Shown here: positions 33,401 to 43,067 of the stretch, piece by piece | How the letters are laid out: each line of letters starts with the position of its first letter | How positions within the stretch are numbered: the stretch's first letter is position 1 | Virus record (IMG/VR): IMGVR_UViG_3300006149_000003 | Origin: a virus | Taxonomy: Duplodnaviria; Heunggongvirae; Uroviricota; Caudoviricetes | Strand: one strand, 5' to 3' | Length of the DNA: 59,241 bases | Position numbers and translations under genes: made by a program | Notes under the pieces: generated by a model | The model's input: the letters and a program-made list of their open reading frames with translations, nothing else | What the model was told of the DNA's origin: nothing | The model's database searches: none

Positions 33401-35668
33401 GACATTGACGCATACCGTGAAGCAATCGAGCGTCTGCGCAAGGCTCAAGAAGTCAGATCTAATATTGAGACGAGAATCGACGAGTCTGATAATCTGAAAG
33501 AGAAGATCCTATTGGAACGACAGTTGATTGGCGCTTACGAGCGTGAACAAGATGCTCTACACAATCTAAACAACCAGAGGGATAGCACAATCACAGCTGG
33601 CGTTGCAGCGCTCCGTGAGTTGGGCTTTGTTGTGAAGTACAATGCAGATACCAATGAACTCTGGATTGAGAATATGGAGCGTCTCAATGATCTGACAGCC
33701 GACAGCAAGGGAGAATACGATACCTTGCAAGAGGCGACAAACGCTCTTCGCAAGGAAACGGAAGATTTAATCGGTTCGCTGACCGATCTAAACGAAGAAA
33801 ATCGGGATGCTTCTGCTAACTGGTGGGAGTTGCAGCACAGTATGAAAGATTCCCGTGAAGAGATTCTTTCTTTGCTTGACGCTATTGTGGAAGAGGCATC
33901 TAAGGCGGTTGATTCTATCCAAGACGTTTACGACACCCTACATGATGCCGCCGATGAGTATGCGGAAAGTGGATACATTACAGTTGATACTTTGCAGAAC
34001 ATTATCGGATTAGGTGTGAAGTATGTGGCGTATCTTATGGATGAAAACGGCCAGCTGGTCATCAATGAGGAGCGCATTCGTGATGTGATTGCGGCAAAGA
34101 CACAGCAACTTGCAATCGAGAGTTCTTTGTCTTACATTGAGGCTTTGCGTATCGCGAAAATGGAGGGGAATATCGAAACCCTTAACAATTTGCTGTATGC
34201 TACCGAGGAAGCGACTGACGCTACATGGGGCTTCGTGTATGCAAGTTTGGCTATGGCAGGGCTGGATCAAGATCAGTATAAAGCAGCGCTGGACAACATC
34301 AATGCTATTCGTGCATTGGCTGACAGCGCTGTACAAAGCATTGGGCAAACTGCTGGCGGCGTGACTGACGAGCTGAAAAAGATGCAGTCTGGGCTTGACG
34401 ATATCTTAAAGTACGTTATGGATATGTTGAAACAACGAATCAACGATCAGATTGACGCACTGGAAGATATGAAAGACGCTTACTCTGAAATCATCGACCA
34501 GAAAAAAGAGTCGCTGGATGCTACGAAGGATGAGGCCGACTACGAAAAAAAGCGTGCTAACAAGCTGAAAGAAATTGCTAAATTACAAGCTCGTATTGAT
34601 GCGCTTAGTTTGGATGACAGTCGAGAGGCGCAGGCGGAACGGGCCAAGCTATTGGAGGAGATGGCTGAGTTACAGGAAGACTTGGCAGACGAACAGGCAG
34701 ATAAGGCTTTAGATGCTACCAAAAACGCTTTGGATGATATGGAAGACGCCTATCATCAAGAAAAGGATAAAGAAATTGCAATTCTGGAAGATAGCATTTC
34801 CTCTTATCAAAAACTTTATGACATGGCGATCGACTATATTCAGAACCACTGGGATACACTGTATTCCGAACTGATTGATTGGAACACGCAATATGGAAGT
34901 GTGCTGAACAGTGAGATAACTACTGCGTGGGATAACGCTCTGGCAGCGGCACAACGGTATGGGAGCTATGTGTCTGCCCTCAAAAATATTGGTGCTGATA
35001 TGGATGCTGCGGGTGCTACAGGTAAAGAGCCGAACACCGTTGTTGGAAATACGAATTATGGCAACCAGTCTTCAAATGATGAAATGATTCATGCCATTAT
35101 TAAGCAAATGTACGCAAATAGCCAGGAGCATCATACGGCCAGTGACGCTCGCAAGAAAGAACTAAGCGATTATAGCTTGCGGCTTGGTGAACAACTGGCG
35201 CAGTACGGTGTCTACACTCATCGGGACAATGGAACCTGGTATATGGATGGGTCGAAAGAGCTTCTGTTCGATAAATATAAGAAGTACATTTACCATACGG
35301 GTGGTTTTGCTGGCGTGGATGGATCAGTCAAAGACAATGAGATTATGGCAAAATTGGAAAAAGGCGAACCGGTATTGACAGAAGCGATGTGGAATACAGT
35401 AACTGAGATGGTGAATCGAATGAGTAAGCTGTCCGCCGCATTTAGCGATATGCCTGGGTATGTTAATGCTCCTATTTTGCCCGAGTTGTCAAAGGTCAGC
35501 GCTGGTGCTGTGAGCAATGTGTATAACAATAGTTCTCAGCCTGTGGAAATTCATATTGGCGATACCATTATTCAAGGCAACGCAAGTCCTGAAACGGTGA
35601 ACGGTCATGTCAAAGTTACTCGTGATATGGTCAACCAAATTGCACGGATTCTGAAAATCAGGATCTAA
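27449..35668 (+). CDS. Tape measure protein
   Basis: 2739 aa; helical Ala/Gln-rich; TMP core (LDTAMVDLRKV, GNALKTVSMRIRG); C-terminal HTGG. Confidence 0.92.
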   Translation: MDEDLKIVLTSELEADEQASAQRISAQLPNIAKMINSKSTIKVGVSLDSSNIQSEAQKVSRQIAQATKTQGIGVTLNLDQSSVAKIRQELNNLKVSPDISRAMTDQLDKMGIQIDRITGRWQAVNGEEERMLNLTIQGTDQMQRTVTYLQTYNTETGEINTHLTNVTANLERQRNVQEQIAKQAQKDNESRVSYLNRQLSILADVQAAYAGSTSVKPIKDSSHLETLNNTYTALNAQIQNMISAEGRLDNVQRSSLEAQIANLQRLVKEYQNAEYVATKLRTKDIGSIKGDQLSGLEALEKRLEAAGTLTETFKTKIDGLKTSLQNVGTKDELVTFLNSFDQLNNDVSVFQERLRGVNAIYTQLIGLDKQITSVQAQMVKLDPKADQNKLVALQGQLAVLQNQRTTLEGQLVPYVDIVQYAQQAAALEQSRLLNGSQLVYTQMEIADKAREYDAAMQRIPSTIADLQTKYNQLVQPTESVTRNMRQLRELASQYSSNMGDREKVQTYERLQQLIGACSKEMSELMRVQRGEVNDFRFTQSLEKAKADLATVGRTWSALKKDPGLNAQFQQLEANLRRVNSQADLTKWTAQFSAFKSEVKAAGKNMQSLGDVLKNNVGKVLQWVSATTLLFRAFRLLRSAISTIIDLDTAMVDLRKVTVATEAEYRNFYATANDTAKALGVTTEAVISQTAEWARLGYTMAEAAELSKNSAIFAAISPGMDITQATDGLVSALKAFDEIDVNDSLDGIISKVNDIGNKFAVSNKDIVEVMTRSSSAMKAANNTFEETVALATAAVEITRDASSVGNALKTVSMRIRGYDEELEEYSNDVAELTGDIADLTKVASNNNQGVRLFEVGDPDTYRSTYDILQDIATIWDELTDKNRAQLLEVLFGKRQGQIGSAILSNFEQAQKAIETMENSAGSAEREMDKITQSLEYKLNTLQQTWVGVAQNLFQTDDLKLVVDGLIAVSNVIDRLTQSLGLFGSGALITTIALIAKFRSTMGSLQTTVLPAVNAIKASGVAMDGSAASVQFYATKLIGLDKSQQAAAMSALGLTAEQKKQITTMSALIVSAQRYTIQELAEKASTDKATASALAKNMAKATEKRTTEQLSAAMMVEILNSNKLTATQKQAIIASLEQAAANETQAFSWKVVGANAKAALAAMATNPMTWIMLAVTAVMALVQAWQSYKQAQEEARQAAIDAANSAATLSDEIVDLTGRYLELSEAVKTDDSVKEDLLSTQDELIDKLGIEKDRIQELTEEYGNLTDAIKAAAIESLQASERDLRGGLNAQKDELLSTGKGSGPANKSMNHIITTWGADEADINRKGLQALVDAGYISDGSFAPRGMELWLPSEDDFDLSTVEGVINAYERLGKMLDIVSETAGSDNEVYNALFDAYNKCSSAVKSYQDSISSLNNNLAEQYMLQGLIENEIPSTEDEFNDYRQSVIAAAEESGEFIGSSQDIANAVDSVLKSQSHFAAFYAEDLAGASEETGRYIAQLQKLPEVLSKLKSAYDVLEAAQKEMADGGGLSADTIEKLASAEDNYLDYLYEENGVVKLNTEAWKENANVKMQNEMAEIQKEIDSLEEQNEALRENIAYYEEQRQLGSDGGLWSNLIAKATNEINENTDAIAANQNKLAIYESLYGNITGSLDAYSAALNNFSNVASTIDSVSDSFQTLAELQAEVANGFSLSLDKALEFAKVYPEILNNAQVSADGQVILNEGVVNSFIQGKKAELDAQIDAEVAKLEADKAVLEAKVQAAQAQLDLAQNVGEGEGQIAKELAEYRINAGNIVAQALIDAGIDEATAFKLAAAAMAQNAEEFDRVAMEVCTDVNGNFNQAAYAAAQAVYNNMTQAKLDVASFARQCQEAAKAMAGVAGGQVAGSSGVQGGSGGGVGGSGISLNLTSGSFQGTDYNYTAKQTNLDDFISQIQLDISSYQNAIAQIDGQIAALRALKNIPLKDFKGGLGSGGGGGSGGGSSKEVEEYIADIDAYREAIERLRKAQEVRSNIETRIDESDNLKEKILLERQLIGAYEREQDALHNLNNQRDSTITAGVAALRELGFVVKYNADTNELWIENMERLNDLTADSKGEYDTLQEATNALRKETEDLIGSLTDLNEENRDASANWWELQHSMKDSREEILSLLDAIVEEASKAVDSIQDVYDTLHDAADEYAESGYITVDTLQNIIGLGVKYVAYLMDENGQLVINEERIRDVIAAKTQQLAIESSLSYIEALRIAKMEGNIETLNNLLYATEEATDATWGFVYASLAMAGLDQDQYKAALDNINAIRALADSAVQSIGQTAGGVTDELKKMQSGLDDILKYVMDMLKQRINDQIDALEDMKDAYSEIIDQKKESLDATKDEADYEKKRANKLKEIAKLQARIDALSLDDSREAQAERAKLLEEMAELQEDLADEQADKALDATKNALDDMEDAYHQEKDKEIAILEDSISSYQKLYDMAIDYIQNHWDTLYSELIDWNTQYGSVLNSEITTAWDNALAAAQRYGSYVSALKNIGADMDAAGATGKEPNTVVGNTNYGNQSSNDEMIHAIIKQMYANSQEHHTASDARKKELSDYSLRLGEQLAQYGVYTHRDNGTWYMDGSKELLFDKYKKYIYHTGGFAGVDGSVKDNEIMAKLEKGEPVLTEAMWNTVTEMVNRMSKLSAAFSDMPGYVNAPILPELSKVSAGAVSNVYNNSSQPVEIHIGDTIIQGNASPETVNGHVKVTRDMVNQIARILKIRI

Positions 35669-35676
35669 ATTAGTCA

Positions 35677-35706
35677 GGGTGGGGAGATTTTCTTCCCACC
35701 CATTTT
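35677..35706 (+). terminator. Intrinsic terminator after the tape measure
   Basis: GGGTGGGGA...TTCCCACCC-ATTTT. Confidence 0.6.
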
Positions 35707-35786
35707 AGGCTGACGAAGCCGCCCAGACGGTGACATGTCTGGTATGCCCGCCTGTCAAGTGGGTTTGATGAGAGGAGGTGTGGCGG

Positions 35787-36572
35787 GTGTATAGAACCTA
35801 TGAGTTTACTTTTGCAGATACTCCGGCTTCATTGTATGGAATGTTTGTTGCTGATATCGGTAGCAACAAACATAATAACAACGATTTTGGGAATCAGGCT
35901 AACATCGTAGAGACAAGAATTGCGAATCGGATTACTCCGCTGCATTTTGGTGTACGGTATCACGACCAGCCTTTGAGCTTTACACTTATTTTTGGAAGTG
36001 AGCAGTACATGGATCGCTACCAGTTGCAAGAGGTTTCAAATTGGCTGACTGGATATCAGGAGTATCAATGGCTTTCTATTGATCAGCCAGATATGGAGCA
36101 TATTCAGTTTCGGTGTCTGATTCAAAAGCTAACACCAATCAGCGTGGGGTGGCTACCAATCGCTTTTGAGGCACAGGTACTGTGTGATTGCCCGTATGGA
36201 TACAGTTATCCGTTTGAGGAACGTATTCAAATTAACGGTACAACAGAATATCGTTTCTATAATGACAGCACAATCAAAGAGAATTTGAAGCCAGATTTGA
36301 AAATTGAATTGGCGGCTGGTTGTACAAATTTTGCAATCACAAACAAGACTACAAAGCAGACACTCCGTTTGTCAGGTCTTCCAGCTGGCGGGTTGCAAAT
36401 TCTTATCGACAATGAAAATGAAGTCATGGTGGAAAAAACTGATGGCTATGACTTGTACAGCTTTTTCAATTTTCAATTCTTTGAGGTAGCATCGGGAGAT
36501 AATGAATTGATTTTCGATGGAAGCGGGACTGTTACAATCAGCGGACGCTATTTGTATAATGTTGGAGCATAA
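35787..36572 (+). CDS. Distal tail (Dit) protein
   Basis: ~261 aa; follows TMP; ends GDNELIFDG...ISGRY. Confidence 0.75.
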   Translation: MYRTYEFTFADTPASLYGMFVADIGSNKHNNNDFGNQANIVETRIANRITPLHFGVRYHDQPLSFTLIFGSEQYMDRYQLQEVSNWLTGYQEYQWLSIDQPDMEHIQFRCLIQKLTPISVGWLPIAFEAQVLCDCPYGYSYPFEERIQINGTTEYRFYNDSTIKENLKPDLKIELAAGCTNFAITNKTTKQTLRLSGLPAGGLQILIDNENEVMVEKTDGYDLYSFFNFQFFEVASGDNELIFDGSGTVTISGRYLYNVGA

Positions 36573-36590
36573 CAAGAGAGGAGGTCAGAG

Positions 36591-39500
36591 ATGTATCTAA
36601 ACTATGCCAAAATTAAAAGTGGACAGAGAAAACAGCCTATGCTTCGGCTTCGCACTCTGGCCGGAAAAGAGCTTGGCCCAATTCCATATGTACATGATTT
36701 GAATTTTGCAATCAACTATGCAGAGTTGAGCACGATTTCATTTACAATCCCGTATCAAGTAAATGGAATGCTCAACCCCCTTTATGCCGCTGTTTCAAGT
36801 TTCAAGGTGGTTTATACAGAGGAGTTTGGCATCTATGTGTTGACTTCTCCCAGTAAAGAGGGCAATGGCGTGTCAGAAATAAAGACCGTTACAGGATATT
36901 CTTTGGAATATCTTTTCCAGAAGAAAAACCTATTTTTAGAAGAAGGTACTTATAATTTCTGGAATCCAGTCAATTCAGCAGATACGATTTTGGGTCGTAT
37001 TTTAGAATTGGATCGGACATGGCACGTGGGCTATGTGGCCCCAAGGCTGATTGGGTGCTACCGCACATTTGACCAGTATGATAGTGATGCTCTGGGTTTT
37101 TGTTACGAAGACGCCATGGAAAAGTATCGCTGTGTCATTGTGTTTGATGTGTACGATAAGAGTATCAATGTATATGATGCCAACGAAAATCCGGAAACCC
37201 TACCCATCTATTTGAATTATAACAATCTGGTCGATGCAGTTAGTGTTGAGGAAATCCCAGAGGAGATGGTAACAAAGCTACATCTCTATGGTTCGGATGG
37301 TCTGTCGGTGCGGGATGTAAACCCCACAGGGACAGACTACCTTGTGGACTTGAGCTATTTTCTCTATAATGGGGATCTGGACATCAAAGTAGGGAACAGC
37401 AATACCACATTGGCAGACCGCGTGCGGGGATGGCAGCTGGAAATTGCGGAGAACCAGCAGTATTATACTGGGCTGGCTGCGTCACGGGCTTCTTTGACAG
37501 CACAGAAATTGATGGCCGAGTCCGATCTTGTAGAATTGAACGGTGAGATGGAGAGTCTGGTAGCACAGCAAAGTGTAACTATTCAGGCGTTTTCCCTAGA
37601 AACCACTGCAAGAGGACAGCAAACACAACAGGCAAACTTGGATCGTATCAATTCTCAGATTGCCGCAAAACAGAATGAGATCGACACACAACAGGCCAAA
37701 ATCAACTCTCTACAAGTTGAAATTGACAGCTACATGAATGATATCAAACGGCTTACTGGACGATTGGAATTTTCATCATACTTCACACAGGAGGAACAGA
37801 AAATCCTCAACCAGTATTTTATTGAAAGCACCGTAGAGGAGGAAACATTTGTTGCTACGGATGTGGACACTTCTGCGGCAGGTGCAATTTCTAAGGTAAG
37901 CGGCACTGTGTCCATAAATGCTTCAAATATCGCACGAGTGGAACTGAGCCAGTTTGCAAAAACAATGTACACTTTGGCCGGCGGTACTGTTACGGTTGGA
38001 AACGCTGGTGTCTCCGCTGAAATCGTGCGGGGCACTTTGGATGTAAAGGGTGACAGCAGCTATGTATTGACGGCCTATCTGGGAAATACGAACTACAACA
38101 ATCGGAAATTTAGCAGTGGACTTTTGACCATCGCTGGCAGGTTATCACGGTTTTCCAGTGATATTTCTGTGAGGACGGAGCAAGGAATTACAGAATATAA
38201 AGGAACAAGACTGAGCTTCAGTACAAGCAATGCTGATTCATATTTTACAGTAAATGTGAGTGAGTTTCAACAATATTCTGTTGCAATGGAGCTATACGAC
38301 TTTGGTACGGATGTTCTTTCCGATTACGCATGGCCTGTGTATGAGTTTAGCGTAGATAGCGCCAATTTCCTTTACCACGAGAAATTTGAACCGTTCAAAA
38401 ATAGGCTGGAACTTGGCAAGGCGGTCTATTTAGAATTGGGCAGTGAGGGATTGGTTAAGCCAAAGATTATCGGTTTTGAGCTGAACTTTGAGAAAATCAA
38501 TGAGTTCAAGCTGGTGTTTTCTAACCGCTACCGTTTGCGGAATGGGGCGGAGAGTTGGACAGAGGATATCAGAAACTCCACTCGTTCAAGCCGAAGTTTT
38601 GACGCCAGCAAGTATATCTATAACCGTACTGCTGACAAAGCAACCGAGATCGACATTTTTATGAACGATTTGCAAAAAGGTGCTGTTGACGCAGTGCTTT
38701 CAGCGAAAAACCAAACGGTTGTCTTTAACGGTTCAGGCATTCATGTTGGTGGTGATTCCAAATATCAGATGCGGATCATCGACAATATGATTGCCATGAC
38801 AGATGACGGCTGGAAAACAGCAAAATTGGCGATTGGACGCTTTGCGTCTCCCGAAACCGGAGTGCAGTGGGGTGTTAACGCGGAACTAATTGCTGGTAAG
38901 CTGATTATCGGCAATAACCTTGTACTTCAAAATCCGTTGATTGACGAAAATGGAAACGTGACTGGCACCATGATGTTTCAAGTGGATAGCACCGGAGCAT
39001 GGCTGTATAATTCACGGATTGTTTTGCAGAGCAACAACGGACTTATCATCGTAGATCCCGATTATGGTATTGTGGCTGGTACAAAGCTCCTGTTCAATAC
39101 AAATGGTACTACTGTGACACCTGAATTTCTGGACAAGGCCGGCAGTATTACCTATGACTCTGAGGGAATGCCGGCAAATGCGAACTTCTATTTGGATGTA
39201 AATACTGGCAATGCCTACTTCCGTGGAAAACTGATCGCCAAGAGCGGTACGATTGGCGGATTTACGATTGCTGACAGCTACCTTTATTCTGGGTCAGGCA
39301 ATACACGTGTAGCTATCAACGGAGGAACAAGCTATTACTCAGAATACGCTTTGTGGGCGGGCGCAAGTAATCCTTCTATCGCTCCGTTTTGGGTTAAGAA
39401 AAACGGTGATTTTCACGCTAAGAACGGTGATTTCAGCGGAACATTGAGCGCTGCAAAGCTCAGTGGGTCGTTGACAGCTCTTGCTGGTGCAGAAATTATC

Positions 39501-40070
39501 GGCCCAGCTATTTATGTTCCGAATAAATCTAACCCGAAATTTAAGGTGGATTCTGCTGGCAATGTTAGTATGACTGGAAATCTGACATTGAGTAATGGTG
39601 CAATTAAGTGGAGCAATCTAAATTATAGCTTGCAAAACACAATTAACGGCGCATATGATGCCGCTGCTGATGCCGCTGAGGATGCTGCAGCCGCCGCAAG
39701 AGATGCTTCTGACGCTGAAAAACTGGCAAGAAAAATTGCTAATGGTGAGTTCAACAACGGAACATTTATCAATGGAACTGAGATCTACAGCCCAACGATT
39801 TACGCAGATGAGTTTATTGTTAAACCTAAAAATGCCGCTGGGTATAGTAAATGGACTGGCGGATACAGTATGTATGGTTATTTTGGGAACTATCTCTACA
39901 AGATGCTTTCAATTTCTTACATTGACACTGGCTTCGGGCCGGAAGTTGAGTTCTGGAGTCCAGATGGTGCATATGCTTACTGGGCTTTTCCACGAACTAC
40001 TTTTTCTGGGTATTTGAATTTCCAAAACGCCCATATTGAAGGACTCTCATTAGAGGCAACATTCGGATAA
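36591..40070 (+). CDS. Tail-associated (Tal) / baseplate hub protein with fibre-like extension
   Basis: 1159 aa; follows Dit; VTKLHLYG motif, coiled coil, Gly-rich beta repeats. Confidence 0.75.
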   Translation: MYLNYAKIKSGQRKQPMLRLRTLAGKELGPIPYVHDLNFAINYAELSTISFTIPYQVNGMLNPLYAAVSSFKVVYTEEFGIYVLTSPSKEGNGVSEIKTVTGYSLEYLFQKKNLFLEEGTYNFWNPVNSADTILGRILELDRTWHVGYVAPRLIGCYRTFDQYDSDALGFCYEDAMEKYRCVIVFDVYDKSINVYDANENPETLPIYLNYNNLVDAVSVEEIPEEMVTKLHLYGSDGLSVRDVNPTGTDYLVDLSYFLYNGDLDIKVGNSNTTLADRVRGWQLEIAENQQYYTGLAASRASLTAQKLMAESDLVELNGEMESLVAQQSVTIQAFSLETTARGQQTQQANLDRINSQIAAKQNEIDTQQAKINSLQVEIDSYMNDIKRLTGRLEFSSYFTQEEQKILNQYFIESTVEEETFVATDVDTSAAGAISKVSGTVSINASNIARVELSQFAKTMYTLAGGTVTVGNAGVSAEIVRGTLDVKGDSSYVLTAYLGNTNYNNRKFSSGLLTIAGRLSRFSSDISVRTEQGITEYKGTRLSFSTSNADSYFTVNVSEFQQYSVAMELYDFGTDVLSDYAWPVYEFSVDSANFLYHEKFEPFKNRLELGKAVYLELGSEGLVKPKIIGFELNFEKINEFKLVFSNRYRLRNGAESWTEDIRNSTRSSRSFDASKYIYNRTADKATEIDIFMNDLQKGAVDAVLSAKNQTVVFNGSGIHVGGDSKYQMRIIDNMIAMTDDGWKTAKLAIGRFASPETGVQWGVNAELIAGKLIIGNNLVLQNPLIDENGNVTGTMMFQVDSTGAWLYNSRIVLQSNNGLIIVDPDYGIVAGTKLLFNTNGTTVTPEFLDKAGSITYDSEGMPANANFYLDVNTGNAYFRGKLIAKSGTIGGFTIADSYLYSGSGNTRVAINGGTSYYSEYALWAGASNPSIAPFWVKKNGDFHAKNGDFSGTLSAAKLSGSLTALAGAEIIGPAIYVPNKSNPKFKVDSAGNVSMTGNLTLSNGAIKWSNLNYSLQNTINGAYDAAADAAEDAAAAARDASDAEKLARKIANGEFNNGTFINGTEIYSPTIYADEFIVKPKNAAGYSKWTGGYSMYGYFGNYLYKMLSISYIDTGFGPEVEFWSPDGAYAYWAFPRTTFSGYLNFQNAHIEGLSLEATFG

Positions 40071-40084
40071 GGCAGGTGAGTTAA

Positions 40085-40723
40085 TTGGCTTCATTTACTG
40101 TATCTTGCACCGACACCACTGTTACGATGCGAGTGTCTGGGTTGAAAAGTGGGCAAAAAGTTCGGTTTTATGTAAGAATAGATCCTGGAAGTACAGTCTA
40201 TGTAGACCGAACATATACTGCTACTTCGTCTTCGCTTTCCAGGTCGTTTAGTGGTTTGAAGCCAAGCACCGACTATGCTTGCAATGTCAAATTGGACGAT
40301 ACAACATGGATTGGCACAAGATACTTTACCACGGATAGTCCAGAGATAAAGGTTGAGCCATGGTCTTGGTCAAGATCGAATGGAGACGCCTCAGCTTCGC
40401 AAACAAGCGCCGCTTACTCTGCCGTTAGAAATAAGGGCAAAGTAAGCGGTTTTTCATATCTTGTATGGAACGATATGGTGAATAAGGTTAAAGAAATCCT
40501 TGATGCCAAAGGTCTTTCTTGGAACAACAGATTCGCTTCATATGCAGGTACATTGATGAGTTCTGGAAGTAGGACTTTAACCGCAACAAAATTCAATTCG
40601 CTTCGATACAATATAGGACTACATTATTCAACAGGAATTGACACTGTTTTTCGTGGTGATACCGTGTACGGCTGGTATTTTACTACTTTGACAAGCTGCA
40701 TGAATTACTGGCTTAACGACTAA
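40085..40723 (+). CDS. Fn3-domain minor tail protein
   Basis: SGLKPSTDYAC Fn3 signature. Confidence 0.6.
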   Translation: MASFTVSCTDTTVTMRVSGLKSGQKVRFYVRIDPGSTVYVDRTYTATSSSLSRSFSGLKPSTDYACNVKLDDTTWIGTRYFTTDSPEIKVEPWSWSRSNGDASASQTSAAYSAVRNKGKVSGFSYLVWNDMVNKVKEILDAKGLSWNNRFASYAGTLMSSGSRTLTATKFNSLRYNIGLHYSTGIDTVFRGDTVYGWYFTTLTSCMNYWLND

Positions 40724-40731
40724 GGAGGGTA

Positions 40732-40929
40732 ATGAAAATGACAAAAATTGAAATCGTACAGCATATCGCAAATATTCATAACTGTTTGGCACAGATTCAA
40801 GTCTGTGGTGATGGTGCTATTATGATGGGCGATACTTTGAAGGAACTGCGTTTTTTAGTGCAAGAGCTTCAAAAGGATATTGAGGCAGAGAACGCATCGG
40901 AGGAGGAGCAAAGCAAAACGGAAGAATAA
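40732..40929 (+). CDS. Hypothetical protein, 65 aa
   Basis: RBS AAGGAGG. Confidence 0.65.
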   Translation: MKMTKIEIVQHIANIHNCLAQIQVCGDGAIMMGDTLKELRFLVQELQKDIEAENASEEEQSKTEE

Positions 40930-40941
40930 GGAGGGGATGAT

Positions 40942-41328
40942 ATGCACATTCCAAACCCATATACACTACCAGCATTTGATTTTGTTGGTGGATCGACTCA
41001 GGATCTGATCTTTCATTGCTATTTTTTCAAAACGAAGAAACCACAGGATTTGTCCGCTTGTGTAGCGGACTTTTCTATTATCAATTTTGTAAATAAAAAT
41101 GGTAAGCCGCTCCTATCAAAGCAAATGGAGATTAGACCAGATCCAAATAGAGACGGTGATGTAAACAATGTGGTTTGTGTTACGTTAGAGGCGGATGAGA
41201 CGGTGAATCTGCCTGCGGGTAAGTATATCTACCAAATTACCATCCGTGATATTTCTGGTGAAGTTGAAATTCCCAATCATGGGCTGATTCATATTATCAA
41301 AAATATTAACCAAGCATTTATTCGATAG
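40942..41328 (+). CDS. BppU-N-like baseplate protein
   Basis: 128 aa; LPAGKYIYQI pattern. Confidence 0.55.
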   Translation: MHIPNPYTLPAFDFVGGSTQDLIFHCYFFKTKKPQDLSACVADFSIINFVNKNGKPLLSKQMEIRPDPNRDGDVNNVVCVTLEADETVNLPAGKYIYQITIRDISGEVEIPNHGLIHIIKNINQAFIR

Positions 41329-41377
41329 TAGATGATCTGATAGCGTTACACAAATTAAAGAACAAGGAGGATGCAAA

Positions 41378-41779
41378 ATGACTACGACATATTTTCTGAA
41401 TCTTGCTGCCGGTAATATTTATCGGACGAAGGAAACTCCGGCCATTCCTACAGAATACTGGATTGGCCTAAGCACTACTGCACCCAATCTCAACGGTACG
41501 AATGTTTCCGAGCCGGTTGGTAGTGCTGGCTATGCGAGGGTTAAGCTCGATATGCTGAGTGAACCTGCTTCTGGTGTTGTTACAAACGAAGCAAACATTG
41601 ATTTTAACGAAAGTACCGCAAGCTGGGGTACGGTGACACATTTTGTTGTGTTTGACGCCCAGAATGGAGGAAATCTGCTTCAGTATGGAGCACTGTCAAC
41701 TCCTCGCTCTGTGGAGGCGGCTACTATTATGACCATTAAGGCTGGATATCTGAACCTGTCTGTGCAAAACCCGACGTGA
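41378..41779 (+). CDS. Minor tail / fibre-base protein
   Basis: 133 aa; WIGLSTTAP...GYARV...WGTVTHF...GGNLL. Confidence 0.6.
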   Translation: MTTTYFLNLAAGNIYRTKETPAIPTEYWIGLSTTAPNLNGTNVSEPVGSAGYARVKLDMLSEPASGVVTNEANIDFNESTASWGTVTHFVVFDAQNGGNLLQYGALSTPRSVEAATIMTIKAGYLNLSVQNPT

Positions 41780-41803
41780 TAGAAAGAAAGGTGGGGTAGA
41801 TCT

Positions 41804-42736
41804 ATGTCAAAGGAGTTTGATATTTTTTTGAAAAAGCACATTATCGAATGTGATTTGCTTATCTACTCCATTCCATATCGTGACGGTATCTCTGTGACAG
41901 ATCGCCTTATTTTGAATGCTGCGCTTGAAAGCTATTCGCTTTATAAATTTGTGGCGGTTCAAACTGGATCACTGCTTACTGCACATATTGATGAGATGAT
42001 AAAATTGTGCAAAGAGCGGTTGAGCATCGAGATGACATTTGGTGCTTCGGCAGAAATTGAGGTGCATAACAACCTGTACATTCAAAACGATCCAATCGTT
42101 TTTGATACACCAGCTGTAGAGACTATCGAACTGGTTATGAATGAGTTCAACAATGGACTTATCCTAACTGCTGGAGACATTGATACGCAGGTGGCGTTGT
42201 CTGCCGGTAAAGTGAATTTGGCATTACTGCTTAATGCAGATGTGATAGGAACTAAAAAGACAAGTTTGATTAGAGCCGACAGCGGTTTCTTTCTTGATTC
42301 CGATATTCGTGAAGTCAATCAGCGGAATTACATTGAAACAGATACGGCACTGGAAATGGGCGCGACTCTTCAAAGTCTTTGTTACCAACTAACGATTGAG
42401 GCGAGTGCGGCATTTGAACTTATGGCAATGGTCGTCGGCACAGAAATACGGCATTCACTTGGTAGATGGTATAACGGTCTTGCTATTGGTGCTAATGTGA
42501 AAGGGACAAATTCTCAGAAGTTTGAAAGAGCAGAGGCAATTATCCAGCTCATGGAGAGTGCAACAGGAACGCTGGTGAAAGTGCTATACCTTTCTGATTG
42601 CGGTATGGCACTTGATGTTGCTGATGCAAACTTTGGGCTAAAGCGATATCGACTTCTTAGAGAAATTGATGATTTGGAGTTAAGAGATATTGACGATATG
42701 ACACTTAACGAGCTTGATTGGGTCGAGCTTACATGA
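41804..42736 (+). CDS. Hypothetical tail-region protein, 310 aa
   Basis: ORF in tail operon. Confidence 0.65.
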   Translation: MSKEFDIFLKKHIIECDLLIYSIPYRDGISVTDRLILNAALESYSLYKFVAVQTGSLLTAHIDEMIKLCKERLSIEMTFGASAEIEVHNNLYIQNDPIVFDTPAVETIELVMNEFNNGLILTAGDIDTQVALSAGKVNLALLLNADVIGTKKTSLIRADSGFFLDSDIREVNQRNYIETDTALEMGATLQSLCYQLTIEASAAFELMAMVVGTEIRHSLGRWYNGLAIGANVKGTNSQKFERAEAIIQLMESATGTLVKVLYLSDCGMALDVADANFGLKRYRLLREIDDLELRDIDDMTLNELDWVELT

Positions 42737-42761
42737 GTTGATGGATGGAAGGAGGTCAAAT

Positions 42762-43052
42762 ATGTCTCAGGCGCATTTGGGTAGCTTCAATGGAACTGTT
42801 ACACCTGGCGTCAATATGCTGGAGACGTTCAAAAAGAACGAAATCAGGGATAACCCGAACAGCATTTTGAAATATGGGGACATGGTGCTGAAAAAGTTCG
42901 GTATCTCCTGTCCTGCCGGTACAGTAGTAAAAATTAACGGGAAGGAAATCCCGTTGTTTACTGGCGTTTTTGAGTTGGGTATGAACCAGATTGATATTAC
43001 ATCGCTGGAATTTTTAGAAACGGTAAATGTTAATATTTACTATATGTTTTAG
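42762..43052 (+). CDS. Hypothetical protein, 96 aa
   Basis: RBS GGAGG before ATG 42762. Confidence 0.65.
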   Translation: MSQAHLGSFNGTVTPGVNMLETFKKNEIRDNPNSILKYGDMVLKKFGISCPAGTVVKINGKEIPLFTGVFELGMNQIDITSLEFLETVNVNIYYMF

Positions 43053-43067
43053 GGAGGAGGTGCGACG

